Shown in pieces: positions 41,410 to 58,419 of a DNA stretch of 64,000 bases. The position numbers and the translations under genes were made by a program. The stretch comes from Eledone cirrhosa (lineage: Eukaryota), in contig OZ024743.1 of the NCBI GenBank assembly GCA_964016885.1, forward strand, positions 22,692,001 to 22,756,000, written 5' to 3'. The notes beneath the pieces are model-generated. The model saw nothing but the letters and a program-made list of their open reading frames with translations. It was not told the origin of the DNA and searched no databases. How positions within the stretch are numbered: the stretch's first letter is position 1; every line of letters begins with the position of its first letter.

Positions 41410-42350
41410 TACTTCATAATTATACCGGACACACTGTTAGCATTTCTTGATCCGACCTTGGTTTTAGTATTTGCAATATGGTCCTTGTATGTAATAGACC
41501 GGTCCAGAGTGACCCCAAGGTAGATTGGCGTGGAAGTGTACTTTAACCGTTTTGCATAAAAGTTGATCTAGAGATGGTGGTTAACCTCTCTGTTCCGTAG
41601 GTGGAAGGCACTTAATTGGATCTTGTCAACGTTGGCTTGAAGGTGGTTGACAGCATAGTATGGGATAAACAATCTGCACCACAGCCCAGGGCCTTTGCTA
41701 CTCCACAGCAGAATATGCTTCACCAATGTAGAACAGATCATCATATGCAAAGAAAATCGATCCTGCCATAAACGCCTCTTGCAGGTCAATCACTGTCTCA
41801 TGTTAAACTAAGTTGCTGACCTCCACTTACTTAGTGGCATTGCTCCCCCTCACATCAAAAGGACAGTCCACTCCCTACTTGAGAAGTTGAAGCAGGAAAC
41901 TGATCCTCGTCATCCACTCCATGGCTGTGAACCAATGACAAAGAGGCTTAAGTCAGCTTTCTACACTCAATCGAACCACTGAACAAAAGTGCTTTTAATC
42001 AGCACCTATACCTGTGGTGAAACAACCTTAACAACGTGGAACACAGGCTCTCTCTATCTCTCTCTCAGCCCAACAGAATTCTCCCCCCTGGCTCCAGTGA
42101 AGCATAGCTCTTCTGGTCCTGCCTGAATCGCCTGGGAACAGCTGTTGGGCGTTGTACAGCCAAACCTCAGAAATGGGTATATGCCACTGATGATGATTCC
42201 AACTACCAATGCGGGCAACTGCAAAGTATGGAGTACATTCTAGTTTGTCCCAATCATGAAGATTTATGTACACTTAACGGCCTTGAAACCTTAATACACC
42301 AGGCAAGGCTCTGGGCGCAACATTGGATGGGTGTCGTGTAGCGACTCTAT
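41410..42350. mobile_element. Decayed Ingi/Vingi-like LINE with an internal inversion
   Basis: Minus 41410-41655 encodes AFHLRNRE...YLGVTLDRSITYKDHI. Plus 41680-42350 encodes AEYASP.../LLSGIAPPHIKR.../DPRHPLHG...KRLKS with stops and frameshifts. Confidence 0.75.
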
Positions 42351-44319
42351 AAGAAGACTCTAGGTTACAAGGAATTGTTTCCACCCATATGTTTTGTGCC
42401 GAAATGTATGTATTATGTATGTATATATGTATGCATGTATATATGTTTACTTATATATGAGTGTACATGTATGTATGCTTTACATATATATAAGTAAGTA
42501 TGGATTTATATATGTATTTAAGTATGTGTGCAAGTTAATATGTATGCACCAAATGAATGACTCCATCCGGAGTCATTGCGCGCTCTCACTGATTAAATAT
42601 CAGCTTATGAGCGTCTTTCTACCCTTGGCGCTAATCTAATGAGTCCCAACATATATTTTCTAAGAAAACACTCTAGATATATATATACAGTATAAATAAA
42701 TGTACTATATATTGTATAAATACATGAGTAATTGTCTTTAGTTCAACAATACATGACAAAGGGAATAGTCGCGAAAATATCTCTAGCCCCTGTGAGGTAT
42801 TCTATATTCTCTTTTTTTTTTGGCGAAATTGAGACCCATTCGCCCTGTTGTTTTAATTGATCTAGACATAAAATCATACCCCTAATTTCCAGTTGAGTCC
42901 TTGTGCACTCACAGTGAATTAATATATCAGTGAAATGAACTAAAAGTGTATTGGCTAGGTTCATGCATACCACGAGGTATGCATTTATTATATTCTAGTC
43001 TCACTGCTTTTATAGGCTTACAAGCTCTCCCCAAACATACTAAAATATTCATATCTAGTAAGATAAAATGTCAGTGAGAGAGAGGAGTGTTAGAAAGAAG
43101 GTGAGAGAATGGAATCACATTAATAATATATTTCATATTATATCTGATACGTTATATACGTACCTATGTATTGTTATGCTACATTACATTCTTATAGTTG
43201 TTTTGATACAGCTTTGTCTAATTATATTGTGCATAGGATTTGCTTCTAACTTCTGCTCTCATCCGTCCTGATTCAAGAACAACACATATAATTATATATA
43301 GGATACGAACAAACATCCTTTAAACAAAGATCCCTGCGCTGTCTTCTAATATGAAGTGGTATTATTTTGCTGTTTCATATTAAATTATAAGTACATATTT
43401 GGAACAGGCTTAAGCCACAAGCAAAACATTATCAGTGATTGAATATACGCTATTGCTATTGTGGTGAGATATACAGGCATTAGCAAAATATACTCTATGT
43501 ATCTTAAGCCAAAAGCGGACACAATATTCTGGTAGTTGAGGGTGATATTTGATATAGTTACTCACGACATACACGTGGACAAGATTTAGATGAAAAAGTC
43601 GACGAAAGAGCATCTGCGTTGTCGATTAACCAGTATATAATAGTAGCCAACATTTCCGCATATCATACACCACTGCCTTATAAAACGCTGGACACATTTG
43701 AGAAGGTAATACAAGCTATTGTATGTCTTACAAAAGACCGGATGGTAATAGATAAAATGCTTTTAAACATACATCTGCCTGATCAAAGTGGATCTAGAAT
43801 TAAACAAGTTTGTTTTCTCTGACAGTGGACAAAACGTAATTTTCTGCGTTCGAGTACCTTTCACTCTTTTTCTTTTTCAGGTGGTAAAATGTACTTAATA
43901 TAATCTAGTGCCTCATTTGATACAAACATTATAGAATGTATATAAGTTTAAGATGATTAAAATCTAATTTCTTGCGTGTTCTCTAATTATGTATGTTAGT
44001 TCCACCACCTTTTGGTATTCAAAACTCCATCATTATTTTCTTATTACAACCAGTAATAGGCGGTGGATTGGCAGTATTGGTAGTGCCGGATGCCATGCTT
44101 TGATTTATCAAAATGTAATTTTAAGCATCAATAACAATTTGCAGTTTAATTACTTCGTTAATCATATCAACAGGCAAGTTCATGAGATAGTCACTAGTAA
44201 GCTTCTTTATATCCTTAAATCTAGTAATAATAATTCTCATTTCAACAATGATGTACCGAACTCTCAACTTCCATTTGATAAAGAAGTCTCAACCATAAGT
44301 AGTAAGACAAACCAGAGAT

Positions 44320-44810
44320 TGCCAACCAAGTGTTTTAATAGACCTATAGTAAACAAATTGCTACAAATAAACCTAAACGGTTCTTTACAATAATTGATAA
44401 AAAAAAAACGTCCCCGATCACATAAGTACCATAAAGTATTAAATAAAAATACTATCAAACTATTTAACTTCCAGCAACTGTACAACACTGAGAAAGTATC
44501 ATTTAATATCAGACAATATAGCTAACCCTATCAAAACAACTGCACGAAAAACTAGAAATAAGACGTTCCTTTAGTGCAAACTATTTAAATAACCGTAATA
44601 CTGTATATAATACTCAAGGTAACCCAATAGCTAACCATAACTGCAATTACAGACAACAACACTGTTGCCCTATTAATGGTAATTGCCTTGTATCTAACAT
44701 AGTATACCAAGGCACTGTTTCTACAATTACTATTACTAAAGCTTCCATCGGTGCAACATCAAATAGATTTAAATCATGGTTCTATTCCCACCTTCATTCG
44801 TTTAGGACTG
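44320..44810 (+). mobile_element. Decayed Penelope-like element ORF (linker plus GIY-YIG)
   Basis: CFNRP/YSKQIATN..KRFFTIIDK...HKYHKVLNKNTIKL, then CPINGNCLVSNIVYQGTV...SIGATSNRFKSWFYSHLHSFR. Confidence 0.8.
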
Positions 44811-45519
44811 CGCCCATGCCTTCAAAGGTTTTGTTGTAAAAGGATTCGTTCTCGACAGCGTTAAATTTGTTCGGCATTCCATTGCCGACACTCCGTCCTG
44901 CACATTCTTATCTGAACACAATTTCTTGAAAATGACTGGAAGGCCATTATATTTTTAATTATTTATTTTCTTTTTCAAAACAACTTTAATGTTTTTTATA
45001 TATTCTGATATTTTTTCTTTATCAGAACTCGGTAAAAAAAAAAGCTTATTTTCATCCCCACTAAATTTGAAGCTTTGCAATTTCTAGCGTTTATGTATAA
45101 ATAAAAGCAATTATTGAAGTACAACATTAGAAAATATAAACATTTATATTTAGAGAAAGTGAATTCTTTATGGTACGCTTGTTATAAGATGTTTTTTTTC
45201 ATTTCCCCATTTTATTAAATGTTAAGTGAAATTGTTTCTTATTTATGGCTTTTGCTCGTTTTATAACGCGGATTACGAATAAAACATGAATAAATATATA
45301 AAATAAGATTATGTAGCTAAAGGCAGTAATTCTTGTAAAAAGGTTTCATGCATGTTCTTAGATAAACATATCAACAAGATCTCTGTGGAGATATTTTTTG
45401 GTAGTTAGCAGTCCTGGCTAATGTTATCTAAATGCAACGAATGAGAAATAATATCATTACGCAGCCTATATCTTCGGATAGATGTAGGCATGTATGTTCC
45501 TTGCATGTGCCTCTGTACG

Positions 45520-45622
<103 letters not shown>

Positions 45623-45659
45623 GTATGTATTTATACATATATGCATATATATATATATA

Positions 45660-45731
<72 letters not shown>

Positions 45732-48040
45732 TATATATATATATATATATATATTGATACTGCATGTATAGGCATATATAAACATGCAAACTATTCCAAA
45801 AATACACAAAAAACATGCATTCATACAAAACTTGTTCAGGTGGGTTAATTATCAAGTAGTTTGCTTTTAGCAAGTATACATATTTGTTTCATTGCCAATA
45901 GGGTTATTACTACTTTTAATTAAGAGAATTTTATTATGAGAAAAAGTAGAATTGGTTGTATATTTAACTAAGCAGTGTTGCGACTTCCTAAATATGCTAA
46001 TGGCAATAACGAATCCTTTTCATCTTCTTTCGTACAAGAAAAATGCCGGTTTGGGTGGATTAACGAATAAAAACAACATTTAGACATTGGTTATAAAACA
46101 TAATTTGGATAGTTGGAAATGAGCTGCAATAGCGCTAGTTTCTTGTTTTGGTTAATTGCAAGGAATAATGTTTTTTTTTATATAAATAATTTAAGAAATT
46201 ATTTTTTAGCACATGGAAGAGGAAACGCATGATGCTTTATCCTCCTGGATTTGATCTCAGATACCTGAAGCACAAAACCAGGCATTATAAAGCATTTGAT
46301 TCATTAATAATACACATGTGTGGAACATATCATTATTTCTTTTATGTAAGTCCGTCATATTTGTGTTTCAATATATGCGACAGCAACATAGAGTATGATA
46401 TAGTAAGTAGCAGTTCTTTGTAATTAGTTTAATCATTGTGTAATAAAGCTTGATAAATAGTCTTGATATGTAGAGAGAGAAGTCACTTTTAATGTATTTT
46501 TCTTTTGTTCATCGTATCCATATCGATTATCATCTTTCATCGTGAGTATGGTTAATGCAACAACATAATCCTTCTCTGAGACGAACATAAATCTCGTTTA
46601 GAATTGTTACGTCTTATTTCATTGCAGCATTTTGATTAAAGGAGATTAATTTTAGATTGTGTGTTTAAAATAGTAAACACAATTACACTGATGTTTCTAG
46701 AGCTGGTAAAAGTAGAAGGTGGAACAAAACTCAATCAGCAGTACATAGATATATTTTATTTGATATGGAATACATGTCTGTACAAATAGGAGAATAAACA
46801 ATAGTTAAGCTGTGAAATATTTTATTTTATGTTAAAATTGCTTTCATCTTAACATTAAATTTACTTAATAAAAACAGACTAGCTATTTTATTGTCGCTTA
46901 TCTAATCAGTTTCCGTAAGAGTGAAATGTAACGTCAATCAAAAATGAATAATGAACTCAAGCAGTGTAGTATTCTGATCAAAGTATACAGATGATGTTAT
47001 ATTGCCTACGTCCAAAATATCACATTTCACAAATTGGGGGAGAAGGTAACCTTCTTCGAATTATGTATATGTTTTGTTTCCATATACAGGAAAAGATCAC
47101 AAGTTTAAGTTTAATATCAATATTGGAATTATCATTATAGTAAACAAAAATACTTCTGCAGTTTCCGCTAACGTTTAAAACTACATATGCGCGCACAACT
47201 CTATTTCTTGATAAGCTGTAAATAAAGAAAGCATATATTGGAAGAGGATTTGAAAGATAAGGTGACTTACTGTAGCAGTAAAATATATAAATGTTTTACG
47301 TAAGAAGTACCTAGCTGATAGTCTAACTGGTATGGTAACTTTCAGCTTGATAATAAAATTAACCAGTGTTCATTGATATGTCGTTTCTGATTTGATTTTA
47401 TTTCCGTAAATATATTCATATAATATAAATATAGGCTTCACAATGTCATACATTTCATTGGACCTTGTTAGAAGATTTTGTGGCGTTCATTAGATGTACA
47501 AGTGAAGTTAAATGTGCTTTTAAATGGGAATTTAAACCGGCCTGCAGACACGGCATCCTGCGGCCTGCTCTTTTATTGTCTTTAGTAACATACGCTGAAC
47601 GCGTAACAAATCCTTTCACCCAAGGGCCTTGTTTCAGGGGGATACCAGGGAACAAGCCCCCCCCCCCCCCCCACACACACACACACAGACACACACTTTT
47701 TCAAACGTCTATATTTTATTTTTTGTATATTTGATATAACAAATTCTTTTTAAGCTTATTTTTTATATCTGAACTTCATTTGAATATATAACATTTAATT
47801 AGCGTAAAACTTTACTTATGTGATAGGGTCTGGGAATGGCACCATAAGCAATTTATGCTCCTTTATAAATCAACAAACGTTGGTTTGTTCCCCTCATATT
47901 TTTAAGGCAAACGAGGCCCCTGCTTTCACCCAAAACTGTGGCCAAATGTTTATGTTAAATACTATCAATAGTAATATTTAGTTACCAAATACTAGTTCTT
48001 TAAATTCGCTTAGGCAACGTTTAATGCATTAACGATTTCC

Positions 48041-48220
48041 GGTATCGGTAGAGGGTCGGACGCCATGCTTTGAAGCATAGTGTTACCTCCCTTTATGATC
48101 TGAGTTCAAATCCCGCCGAGGTTAACTTTGCCTTTCATCCTTACAGGGTCGATAAAATAAAGTACCAGTAATACACTGGGATAATTGCTGGCCTTGTGCC
48201 AAAAAGTAGAAACAATTATT
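48041..48220 (+). mobile_element. SINE family 1
   Basis: Near full-length match. Confidence 0.85.
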
Positions 48221-48918
48221 TGTATTTAAGCCTCATAGGCTAATAAATATATATATTTTTATATAATTTCAGATTGTGAAGATAACGTTAAAAGTGAATA
48301 GTATCAACCACATCAGTTGGCCATCCCAACTAATGTGATAAATAATATTTGTTTATACGTATAAAAAGACAATACCAAAGTTTGGTTGGTATTTTAATAC
48401 TTTATTTTGAACACAGAGAAACCAGTTCAATCAAGGTAGATTACTTGCACACACTCACTCATTGAAATGGAAAACATCAAATTTAGTTTGTAGATTCATG
48501 TATTCAATGACATATTAGTCCTATTGATAAAACGCTGCGGTATTGGTGAGGCCAACATCAAGAGGTTGTTCCGATTCAAGGCCATCTGTTATCTTCTGTT
48601 ACTCTATATACCTGCAGTCTCTGGTCTTAGTTAATAACTAGAACTATGGAAGGGCTGCTGCTGTGCCAGGTGACATAAGTGGAAATGGCATTGGTAGCGT
48701 CGTGAAGATTCATTAAAGTTTATTGAATTTATTTTTTTATCCTTGTCCTTTTTTCAATCTCAAATTGTTACCATTTTATTCTTTTACTTGTTTCAGTCAT
48801 TGGATTGCAATCTTGCTAGTGCACTGCTCTCTTACATATGGCTGATTACATTGCTTTTCATACACATTTGATTTACTAGGAGTCATATTAGCGACATCTT
48901 ACATACACACATACACAC

Positions 48919-49640
<722 letters not shown>

Positions 49641-50134
49641 TGTTTCTACTTTTGGCACAAGGCCAGCAATTATCCAGTGCATTACTGGTATTTTATTTTA
49701 TCGACCCCCATATATATATTTACACACATATCTAACACACAGACAGACATATATATAAAGAGAGATAGGGGAGTGGGGGGGGGGAGAATGAAGGAGATAA
49801 TTAACTGTAATTGATATAACAGCAAGACAATCATTATCTTTCCATGGTTAAGATAAATAAAATAACCACACAGCTGCATGTAGGAGACAAATTGTGACAT
49901 TTGCTTAATGTAACTCATTTTCCGACCGACCTGTTCGTATAGAAATGTTAGTCCATTAAGTTATAACACACACAGGTGCATACATTGTCACTACTACATA
50001 TATATTTACATGTATACTTAGGCACATAGACACACACACAAATACAAACGCAGACTTACACACACACAGACACATATAAATATATATATGTATATGTATG
50101 TGTGTGTATATATATATATCTATCTATCTATATA

Positions 50135-50177
<43 letters not shown>

Positions 50178-50178
<1 letters not shown>

Positions 50179-50341
50179 GAAGGAATTGTGGTAAGGAACC
50201 GGATGGACCATAACGCACCAGAGTACTCAATACTTAGGGTAGTAGAGTGGGTAATAGGAAAAGGTTTGACCCCGGCGGCAGAGCTCGTCTAGAAATAGCC
50301 GTCGAAACGGCTTAAGCTCTGCTGTCGGGGTCATACCTTTT

Positions 50342-50400
<59 letters not shown>

Positions 50401-50475
50401 ACATATACTACCCTATGTATTGAGTTCTCTGGTGCGTTATGGTCCATCTAGTTCCTTACCACAATTCCTTTGTTA
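50178..50475. mobile_element. Family H cassette with tails on both arms, the right one split by (TA)n
   Basis: 50178-50286 is the inverse of 50312-50345 plus 50407-50475. Confidence 0.75.
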
Positions 50476-50490
50476 TATATATATATATAT

Positions 50491-50577
50491 AAAGGGGGTC
50501 CCAAAAAATGTATACACACTTTGAGTACAGGCAATATTTATTAGAATGATGTATACATTTTCAGGGGACACCCTGTA
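50491..50577. mobile_element. Tiny Tc1/mariner-type MITE
   Basis: Imperfect TIRs agggggtcccaaaaaatgtataca and tgtatacattttcaggggacaccctg, in TA context. Confidence 0.55.
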
Positions 50578-51284
50578 TATATGTGTGTATATATATATAC
50601 AGAGAGAGTGGGAGATAGAGAGAGAAAGATTGAGAGAGAGGGAGAGATTGAGAGACAGAGAGATACCAACCACTGCTTTTATCCAGAAATGTCCAATGAA
50701 CCAGAACAAGCCTGCTTAATGATGTCCTCCCAGTCACACCGGATGCACTCGTGGCGTGAAGAGGGAGTCGCTTCTTTATCAAATGTGCTTGCACGGTTTG
50801 ATATAATAGTATCTATTACGGACAGCAACACACACACACATACACACACATACACACACACACACATAGACACACACATATACACACTCACACACATATA
50901 GACACACATATACACACACACGCACACTCACACAGGCACACACACATACACACACGCGCGCGCGCACACACACATATACACACTCACACACATATAGACA
51001 CACATACGCACACACACACGCACACACACACATAGACACACCCACACATACACACAAACATAGACACACACACATATTCACACATACACACACGCGCGCA
51101 CACACACATAGACACACACACACACATACACAAACACATACACAAACACACACATACACACACATATACACACTCACACCTACACACACATAGACACACA
51201 CACACATACACACATACACACATACACACATACACACACACAAATACGCACACACACACAAATACACACACATACACACACATA

Positions 51285-51341
<57 letters not shown>

Positions 51342-52017
51342 ACACACACACACACTTGTTTACTTTGATTCCATGCTATGTTATATAACTGTTTACCATA
51401 ATTTTATTTTCATATATCCTTTTGGGGGACAAGAAAGAACAAGGTACAGAAATGAATGAAATTATTCATAGAATATGTAGAGATATCTGTCTGTGGTCTG
51501 GGGATAGGATTGTTGTTTAATATTGTTAACATATTTTCAACACCACTTACCTATTGCTGATAAAGGATTAGAGGTGTTGTATAAGATGTGTTAGATATCA
51601 TACCTTCGTCTATAGGAAGGATGCATATATAATAGGATATCCACATAGAAGCGAACACAAACTTGTTCTGCATCGTTGTTCATACGCAAAATGTATTTTA
51701 TTAGTTTCTAGGAAGAAGTAAATTGGGGTTTAGACGATATCCCTCAACAAATCTTACATTAAAACTTACGAGGGTTCAAATTCAATAAAATGTGATACTG
51801 ATATTTCAAATCGCTTCATATTCTCCAGATGAAATAATATTTTTGTTGAAATGATTGAAATAAATGTGAGCTTCTTTGTTGTATTTCGATAGAAATGGGA
51901 CTTCAATAACAAGAAGGGTTGCTTTACGAATGTGATCCGGTATTCTTGGGCAAGCGATGATATGAGCTTTAACTTTCACTCAGCGAATACACACACACAC
52001 ACACACACACACATACG

Positions 52018-52081
<64 letters not shown>

Positions 52082-52173
52082 AGTTGCAATTGGCAGATAG
52101 TACAAGCAATGGATAAGACAATGAAGACACCGTTTCTTTGGTCCCATCTTATATTAGGATCCTTTCCTTTCTC

Positions 52174-52209
<36 letters not shown>

Positions 52210-52228
52210 ATATAAATGTATATTGTTG

Positions 52229-52262
<34 letters not shown>

Positions 52263-53317
52263 CATTTGTGTATGTGTGTGTGTGTTACATAATGTTGTAT
52301 GTATGTTGTATAAATCTAACGGCATTACTTATTATGGTTGATTGTTATTACTGGCATATGTTGATTCTATTATACTGTTTATGAATTCCACACCCTGCTC
52401 TGATATGTTTCACTTAGCTGCAAGGCAATAATCACTGTTTCAGAAGTTATTTATTTCCTGGCATTACCCCGTCAATTGTTTATATTGTCCGTTATTTAAA
52501 AAGAAAGCAAACAAACAAAATAATCTGTGAGGATGCGTATGAAATTAAGCATTTTTAATCATGAGAATTACCAACGTTAAAATCTCATGTTAAATGTGTA
52601 TCAAAAGTTAGTAGTTACTTCTGTGTGGTTTGATTATCTTTTCTATTCCAAACCATGTTCATTAAGACATGCATTACTGAGCTGTAACACAAAGGTGGAG
52701 ACTCTAATCTGAACATGGGGTTATTTATTCATTTATTTTGCGTTCAAGCCGAGGGGCTGAGGCCATGCTGGGGCACCGCCACTAGTTATTTGGGGGTTTA
52801 ACAAAAGAAACATAAACATTTAATTATAATAGACTGTGAAAATTCAGAAAAATTAAAATATATATGCTGTGGTAAAACAATATATTATACGGAATTTCAA
52901 AACCACCCACTTAACTGTGTCATATTAGAGAACGTGTTCCAAGGGACTCTTTATTGCTGCAATAAAGAGAAGTTCTTTATTGCCGCACAAACTGCAAGGA
53001 ATAACATCTAAATCAGAAAACATCTAATAACAGTTCTACATATTTTGAAGAGTGTTTTGTCAGAAATGGTCCGGATGGTGACAGCTGGAATACCATTCAT
53101 CATAGGCCTGATACTCTGACAGAGCCCCAATTACGCTAAACAATAACAAGACTCTAAGAATCTATTTACTCTTTCTCATCCTAACATTTGATATATATCC
53201 GAATAGTAAGTGGAATTTGTGGAGGATAAAAGCAAGTAAATTATGTTTATTTGAAAATTAAAATGCAGTGCCCAACGATTGATGTACTACAGCTCATTAA
53301 TACTGGTAATATATTTA

Positions 53318-53497
53318 TTGGCAGTATCGGTAGAGGGTTGGACGCCATGCTTTCTAGCATAGTTACGTCCTTTTACGGTCTGAGTTCAAATCCCGTCGAG
53401 GTTAACTTTGCCTTTCATCCTTACAGGATCGATAAAATAAAGTACATGTAATGCACTGGTTAATTGCTGGCCTTGTGCCCAAAGTAGAAACAATTAT
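53318..53497 (+). mobile_element. SINE family 1
   Basis: Full-length match; short tatatttatt direct repeat on both sides. Confidence 0.85.
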
Positions 53498-55308
53498 ATT
53501 TATTACTTGTTATTTGATCGTGTATACGTTTCTATTCTTTACACATTTTATGTATTAAGTCCCTATGCCTCTTTGCTGAGGTGTAGGGACAACATGGCGA
53601 CATACAATTTGGCTTGAGCATTTTAAACCTGGCGAAGACCATCACCTCTCCAGGTCTGAACAGAGCTTATCTAAGAGTTAAACAACTCGACCGTCATTAT
53701 GTTACCACCACGTTACAACAAAAACAATGCCAACAGCAATGACAACGATGATCATGGTGATTATGATCCCGATTTTCATCATCAACGCAACTCCTTCTTT
53801 AGTTGATGAGCCTTACTTAGAGTGAGTCGGAGTCGTAGAGAAGCCGTAGAGAATAGCACCACGTCTTGAGCTTTTAAAACCTGGTGGAGCCCATTCCCTC
53901 TCAGGTCTGAATTCAGCTGATTTCTTCCAAATAGCGAGGGATAGATAGAGATAGATAGTGAGAGAGATTGAGAGAGAGAGCGCGAGAGAGATTGAGAGAG
54001 AGAGAGGCAAAATCGACACAAGCACTAGACTGCTACCTTTTTATGGACCTTAAAAGAATGAAAGGGAGGTTTTGAGCTTACGGCCAGAGAGCCGGAATGA
54101 ATACAATAGTGCAAGCATGTTACCCGACGTCTTAATGAGCCTCCCAATTCGCCGCCATGTTAATTCTATATTAAACCTAATTTCGACAACACAATATTCT
54201 CTGTTCTTCCGTTATGTAATATATACATATTATTAATACTTTGGCATTCTGTTTTTACAATACAACTATTAGCTTCACCACAAAATGACTTTTCAAATAA
54301 TGTGAAACAATGCATTTTATTACGTTCTTATACTGATTATAAAACATCAGTGCAGTAAACTATTTGTTATTGTCTGTTTGTTTCCATTCAACGTTAGAGT
54401 TATGGACACTTCTGCGTCTTGGTATTTGTTTAAATGCTTTGATGTACGTATAAATGAAACGATTGTGTATGCGTGTACGTATGTATGTGTATGTGTGTGT
54501 GTTTGAATGTTTGTTGGGATGACATAATGATAAATATTTGTGAATTTATTAGAAAATAGGAAAGAAAAGAATGTTATATTTTGTGACTATTTCAAATATA
54601 TACACCGTCATATAGTTTATAGAAAATGAACGTGTATATATTTAATGAATATCTTTCGTCGTTGTTTATCGACAAAGGTTGTAAAACATAGACTAGAAAA
54701 TCAAACCATAAGAGCCAACTTGAAAGTCTGTAAAAGGTTGATTGACCTTCTAAAAATAACTCTTTTGTCAAATTACACCGTACCATCATGAACAAGAGCG
54801 ACACATTCAATAACAAAATTCTAAATGTGTAATGCACAAGAAAAGAACGTAATTGTCTGTGCTTGAACTCTTTCAATCATAGGTTTATTTAGTCGTGAGC
54901 GACCTGAAGCTAAACAACAGTAAGAAGAGAGCATTTTGAATTAAGTTTAATATGAGATATTTTTATAATCGTGGCTATATTTTCTTTTTGTCTTATTAAT
55001 ATTCATTCTATTGACTTAATCTAAAATTTCAAGTAAACAAAACGTCAAGAGTTATTATAGCGCTGAAAACTATTTTCTTGAAAGTGTTATCTTTTTCCAT
55101 TATCACAAATATATTCTGATATTTTAAAAATTGTATCTGTTTGGATAATGTCTTAGAATAACAATCTTTTAGAATAATCTGCCTAACAAGAATGCTGAGT
55201 TTTAAGCCGATGACAAGAACATTATATTAAATAAAATATATAAACAAAGAGACAAACAAATCTTCAATTTCTGAAGTATGAAATTAGAGTATGGCTGGAA
55301 TTATATAA

Positions 55309-55790
<482 letters not shown>

Positions 55791-56542
55791 TACAGGGAAG
55801 AATTTTGTTTTATATTTCTAAGCTTTTTTAAACATCGTTTATGAGATGTGGAGGAGGCAACAAGAGTGTAATTCCGATAAGCTCAGCTGCCTACACAATC
55901 TGTTTTGTTCAGAATTCAGTGTGTAGGAGTAGCATTAGCATATAAAAAAAAACGATAATAAATCAACAGTTAGAACAACTTTAGTTTATTCTAAATGCAC
56001 ACCTGTTAGATCTAGTGAATTATATAAAATTGATAATGTTACCCAAAAATTGTGAGGTAGCAGAGATTCCACCAATATTGTGAAGATAAAGACAGTGCAG
56101 AATTTAAGATACATCATTAGATAAGCCCACGTTAACCTATTTATGTATTAAAATGTATAAACACATCAAACATTACACAAATAACTTAAACATATGGGAA
56201 ATATATATATATAGAGAGAGATTGAGAGTAAATGAAAGTGGAAGAATCTATTTTAGCAAGGTGCGTTAAACTCAATGCGTTATCAGGTCACTAGTAGATG
56301 AAGACGATGGAAGCCAGAGGGCATAAATGAACAATTCAGAAGGAATACCTAGTTGGACCAAAGCATATATTAAATAGCTTTAAGTCTGGTTACTACACGA
56401 ATCTTCATTCCTTTAAGAAGGATAAATTAAAAACCTATACGGTGTAAAATAATTCTACTATTGAGTACTCACTTAACTGGAATATACTAAGGGTCACTCA
56501 TGTCTATACGCCAGGCAACCAGAAACGTAATCTGTGTCACAT

Positions 56543-56781
56543 AGAATGTCTCCTAATAATTATTTCTACTTATGGTACAATGCCAGCAATTAACCAGTGT
56601 ATTACTGGTACTTTATTTTATCGACCCCATAAGGATGAAAAGCAAAGTTAACTTTGGCGGGACTTGAACTCAGAATGGAAAGGGCCGTAACTCTATGCGT
56701 CAAAGCATTACGTCCGACCCTATAACGATACTGCCAATCCACCGGCATTGCCAATCCACCGCCAGAATGTCTCCTAATAAT
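56543..56781 (-). mobile_element. SINE family 1 with 18-bp TSD
   Basis: TSD agaatgtctcctaataat at 56543-56560 and 56764-56781. Confidence 0.85.
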
Positions 56782-57721
56782 GTGATTTACTAAGCCTAAA
56801 TAATGTATTCCCAACGTTGTAATAATATGGCAGTGGTGAGTTCTTGTTGTTTAATCCTTATATAAGCCCTGTTCGAGCAGATCTTTCTAGCTGTGACGAT
56901 CCTTTTTCTTGTATTTTTTTTTCTTTTCAAAAATAGATTATATTTGCCTACATAAACCAATACGTTATCTATGATTGAATTTCAGACGTTAGCACGAAAT
57001 AGAAAATATAAAGTATGATGTGCTCATGCGCGGAGATACTATATGCTATTTTATGGCATCTCCATACATAAGCTTATCATTCTTTATATTCAATTTATCT
57101 TGTCAACGCTTCGTAAAAGACCGAGAGATCGGCTGCGTATAGATACTATATTTAGATGCCAATTGTAGAAAGATTGAGGTCCAAAAGCGTTAAAAATGAA
57201 GGCCAGCAAGGGGAGGTCACCTCGAATGCAAGTGTCAAATAGAGCAACATTTGCTCTGGCCGATAACTGATAATTCAATTAATTAGGGACGTAGCACAAT
57301 TAGCCTACGTTAAATAAACACGACTCAATTTTACTTCTTTTTGTGACTGAACAATAACAGAGAGCAGAAATACCAAAATGGCTTACAAATTATGTAAGTA
57401 GACTGAGCAGGTTATACCGCTTGGTTTGAGATTTAAAACTGTGATATTGTGAGATGCTATATTGTAACTTATTTGTTTGAGATATGTGTGTGGGATCTGT
57501 ATTATTATTTCTTTAATGTTATTGTCATTAAGAGAGTAATGAGTCACAAACCAAATAATCAAACGATGCTACGCGGCAAATTAGTAGAAACATTAAAGCA
57601 TCGAACGAAATTTCCTGCGGTATTTTTCCCTGCTCTTTGCGTTAAAATTTTGAATTCTGTCTATGTCAATGTTGACTTTCATCTCACCTGAAGTAACCGG
57701 CTCCAACACCCCTCCTCTTCA

Positions 57722-57784
<63 letters not shown>

Positions 57785-57974
57785 GACTGCTGCTGCTGCT
57801 GCTGCTACTACTACTACTGCTAACTATAACTTCTACAGGAGCAATTTCAACAAAAACGATAACAAATGCAACTGCTGTAGTAGTAGCATTAGCAGTAGCA
57901 GCAGTAGGATTAGTATTAGTTTGTTGTAGTAAGTAGTAACAGCAGCAGCAGTCGTCGTCGTCGTCGTAGTAGTA

Positions 57975-58054
<80 letters not shown>

Positions 58055-58419
58055 CAGAAGACACCAATGTACTTTACTCTGCTTATTACTGATCCCAGTG
58101 TTGTGGTCATATGTTCAGATCTGAACATCTGGAATAGCTTTCTGAGAGTGCAATATGATTCTTCCCTTGTACGTTTCTCTTGTCAAGTAGCGAAAGTTGC
58201 AGCTGTGAAATGATATCTCTCAGCCCCTCTCTCCCCTTCCCCCTCACCCCTCTCCCCTCTCCTTATCTCCCCATTTCAACTTTGTGTGATAACACCGCCA
58301 GACTAAACACATTTTTTCATATTATATCTGTTGGAGAAGATAAAAAGGGGTCTAAACAATGAATGCTCAAGAGAAACAACTAATGTTTCATATATAGGGA
58401 GAAAACATAACGAAACAAA

